Assembly: GCA_965202585.1 (NCBI GenBank)
Contig: OZ241831.1
Location: 37,386,001 to 37,450,000 of the forward strand
Direction: 5' to 3'
Source: Thalia democratica
Taxonomy: Eukaryota
Length of the DNA: 64,000 nucleotides
A model generated the notes under the pieces. The model saw only the letters and a list, made by a program, of their open reading frames with translations. It was not told where the DNA came from and searched no databases. Shown piece by piece: positions 61,549 through 64,000 of this stretch. Within the stretch, counting starts at the first letter, position 1; each line of letters opens with the position of its first letter. The position numbers and the translations under genes are program-made.

Positions 61549-64000
61549 ATTTTAACACAACCATTCTTTTGAAAAGTAAACTCATTAAAGCTTGCTATCT
61601 GTTTAAAGAAACTAAAGCAAAGTTTTCTACAAATTCTACGTAGGCAATTATGTAAATATTTCCATTTTCTCAAAACTTGAACTACCTTTCAGTATTAGAA
61701 ACAAAAATTAATTTATATCTCAATGCACATAAAAGATTATCAAAAGGCGCCAAAAACTGCCAACACATATAACAATTATTGATTACTATTTTACCAAAAT
61801 CAGGTTATTCAACTTAAACGACAAAATACTTAAAAGCTCAAATGTAGTTTTCATCAAGCTTTGAATAATCAATCAATCAAAATTTACTGATGTATAAATC
61901 GTGGCATTTTGCTTTATTTTAAAAGAATTCTAAAATATTAGATTAGTTTTTCTATTCACACACCTAATCATTATTTATCATTTGTTAGGTTTTATAAAAT
62001 AAGTTTAATTTAGATAAATCGAACTTTCTAACCTAAATTAAAAACAATTAAACAAACTTTTATATGTCTTATGTGTGTTTTTGGTTTTATATTAAAAAAA
62101 TTTTACAAAACTTTACTTCTGAAAATACAAAACGTTTTACCATAACATAAGTATATTCATAGTAATTTCGGAAAATCGACAAATTTAAAAACTTATTTAA
62201 TTTTTATGTGTTTTTTTCTAAAATATTTTTTATTAATTTTAAATTAACAAAGTTTAATATTCAACAAAGTTTTAAGTTAACATCTCTATACTATTATTTA
62301 CAAAAGATTTTAAGAAAGATTAGTAAAAATCCACTTTAATTTTGTCACTTTTTTGCTGTTCGAAATTAAAGCCTAATTTTTAGTAATTTTAAGTAGTTTT
62401 TTTTTTCATTTCTTTTACATTTAAATAAAGTTGACCATATAAGTAACTGATAATCAAAAAATTTATCATAAAAGCTGAGTGAATATCCTTTATATATTTT
62501 ACGAGTTCAAAAGGTGGTCACGTTTAAATAGGTTATAATGATAAACCAAACAGAACAAAATTATTTGTACAAGAAATTAAAAGCGACAAAAAGTTTGTTA
62601 AATTACTGGTATTTAGTAATCAGTTGGAGATAAACTAATACTTTTGCAAAAAAGATCAAACTAGTTAGATGAAACGATTTCTAATCTTTATAAATGAATC
62701 AAAAGTCTCCTAACTGTAAACTACCTTCAGGTTTAAATGAAAAAAAGTGAAACTTATGTCAACATACTTGTAAATAGTGCTTCTTAACAGTTTTTATAAA
62801 TAAAGATCAAAAGTTACATCAGTAGAAAATTTTTCTATGTTTACTCTAAGTTTGCTAACATATTTTGTCTTAAGTTCTATAATTAGTGTAATTAATATAA
62901 TAAAAATATTTTTACGGTTTTCAATAATTTACTTTTGTATTTTGCTACTTAAATAATTTTGTTAATAAACTAATTTAATCAAATGTCTAATCGTTTTACC
63001 CTTTATACTTTATAAGAGTTTAGTGTACATTTTTTAAATCATATCAAACGGTTGGTTAAAAGTATGTATTCGTTTAAATATGGTTGATTACTCTTAAAAC
63101 AAATAACTCTACTATTAAGAAAAATAAACAAACGTACAGCTTTTTGAAAATCACACGATGTATTTGATTATTAATTAATTTAAATAAATTCTTTCTCATA
63201 CTTAAAAAGATTAAAAGATACAATGTAAGAAACACCTTATTTAACATTATTATTTATACAAAGATACTTTTTTAGTTTACTTTTAAGTTTTATAATTCCA
63301 ACTTAAATTAATACAAACAAAAATTTAACTGCCATATATATCAAATGAGACTAAGTTATATAATAAATTCGTCAGTAAACAGTTTTCTCATTTTTTTAAA
63401 ATTAAATTTAGTTCAACTGTTTTTAGTTAAATTGTTGTCATGCTTACTAACTAAATTCATTATTTATTATTAGTCAATCTTAGTAACATTACAACAAAAA
63501 TATTGCAAAGTTAAACAACAAACAAAGATTCTAAACTATAGATGTTGGTTTGAATTTTAATTGTTACAAACAACAATCATTAAACTTTTTTGTATCGAAA
63601 ACTTTGTTTAAGTAAAACCTTCAAGTAAAATAATTGTGTCTACATTATCACCACAAGTATATTAATGAGTTATTTTTGTTTTAGTGCTATACAAATAACT
63701 ATATATTTTTATTTTATTTATACACGTTAATATTTGATTATCTCATTAATTAACGACTTAAAACTGTAAAATAAAGCTATTTAAATAAAGTTAATAGTTA
63801 GTTTACGTAATTTTAATACAGCTACACAAAATTTTAATAATAATTATTTGTGTTAAAAGAAAAACCATATTAAAGTGTTGAGGAAAGTTCTTGATTACAT
63901 GCTTGCCACAGTTAATTTATTTAATAAATTATAACGTAATAAAAATTATCTTTTATAGAAATGTTTAAGTTTGTCGAATATATGAAAGTCAGTTTATAAA

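Larger units (their letters stand above)
44160..64000. repeat. Tandem unit B of the Pax1/9 duplication (runs off the window)
   Basis: Colinear with unit A; 64000 corresponds to ~42955. It lacks ~1.4 kb (40990-42415 of A) at ~63455 and has two private MITE insertions. Confidence 0.9.

Overview
Very AT-rich eukaryotic genomic DNA with spliceosomal introns, most likely from a bilaterian invertebrate. I found no prokaryotic features, rRNA, tRNA or CRISPR array. Most of the window (~9-64 kb) is a tandem segmental-duplication array of the developmental transcription factor Pax1/9 (Pox-meso class: paired domain plus octapeptide, no homeodomain), on the minus strand. The three visible copies are in different states. 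Copy B (55.7-57.7 kb) has an intact reading frame. Copy A (33.6-35.6 kb) has an identical paired-domain protein but a TAA replacing the last codon of its next exon, and an in-frame cryptic donor could bypass this stop. Copy C (20.0-20.5 kb) is a 3' relic that lost the paired box in a ~10 kb deletion. Block counting implies at least four ancestral units. The A and B paired-box exons share a 545-bp identical tract and have ~79% GC3 despite ~10% intron divergence. The left 4 kb holds a plus-strand multi-exon gene I could not identify. The window also has non-autonomous DNA transposons (two hAT-like, one Tc1/mariner-like, an unclassified TIR cluster), a LINE reverse-transcriptase fragment, young fold-back palindromes, a local inversion and paralog-conserved blocks (candidate enhancers or fossil exons). 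All alignments and counts were done by hand. The 5' exons of Pax1/9 are not resolved, and an assembly artefact (uncollapsed haplotypes) for the A/B pair cannot be excluded from sequence alone.
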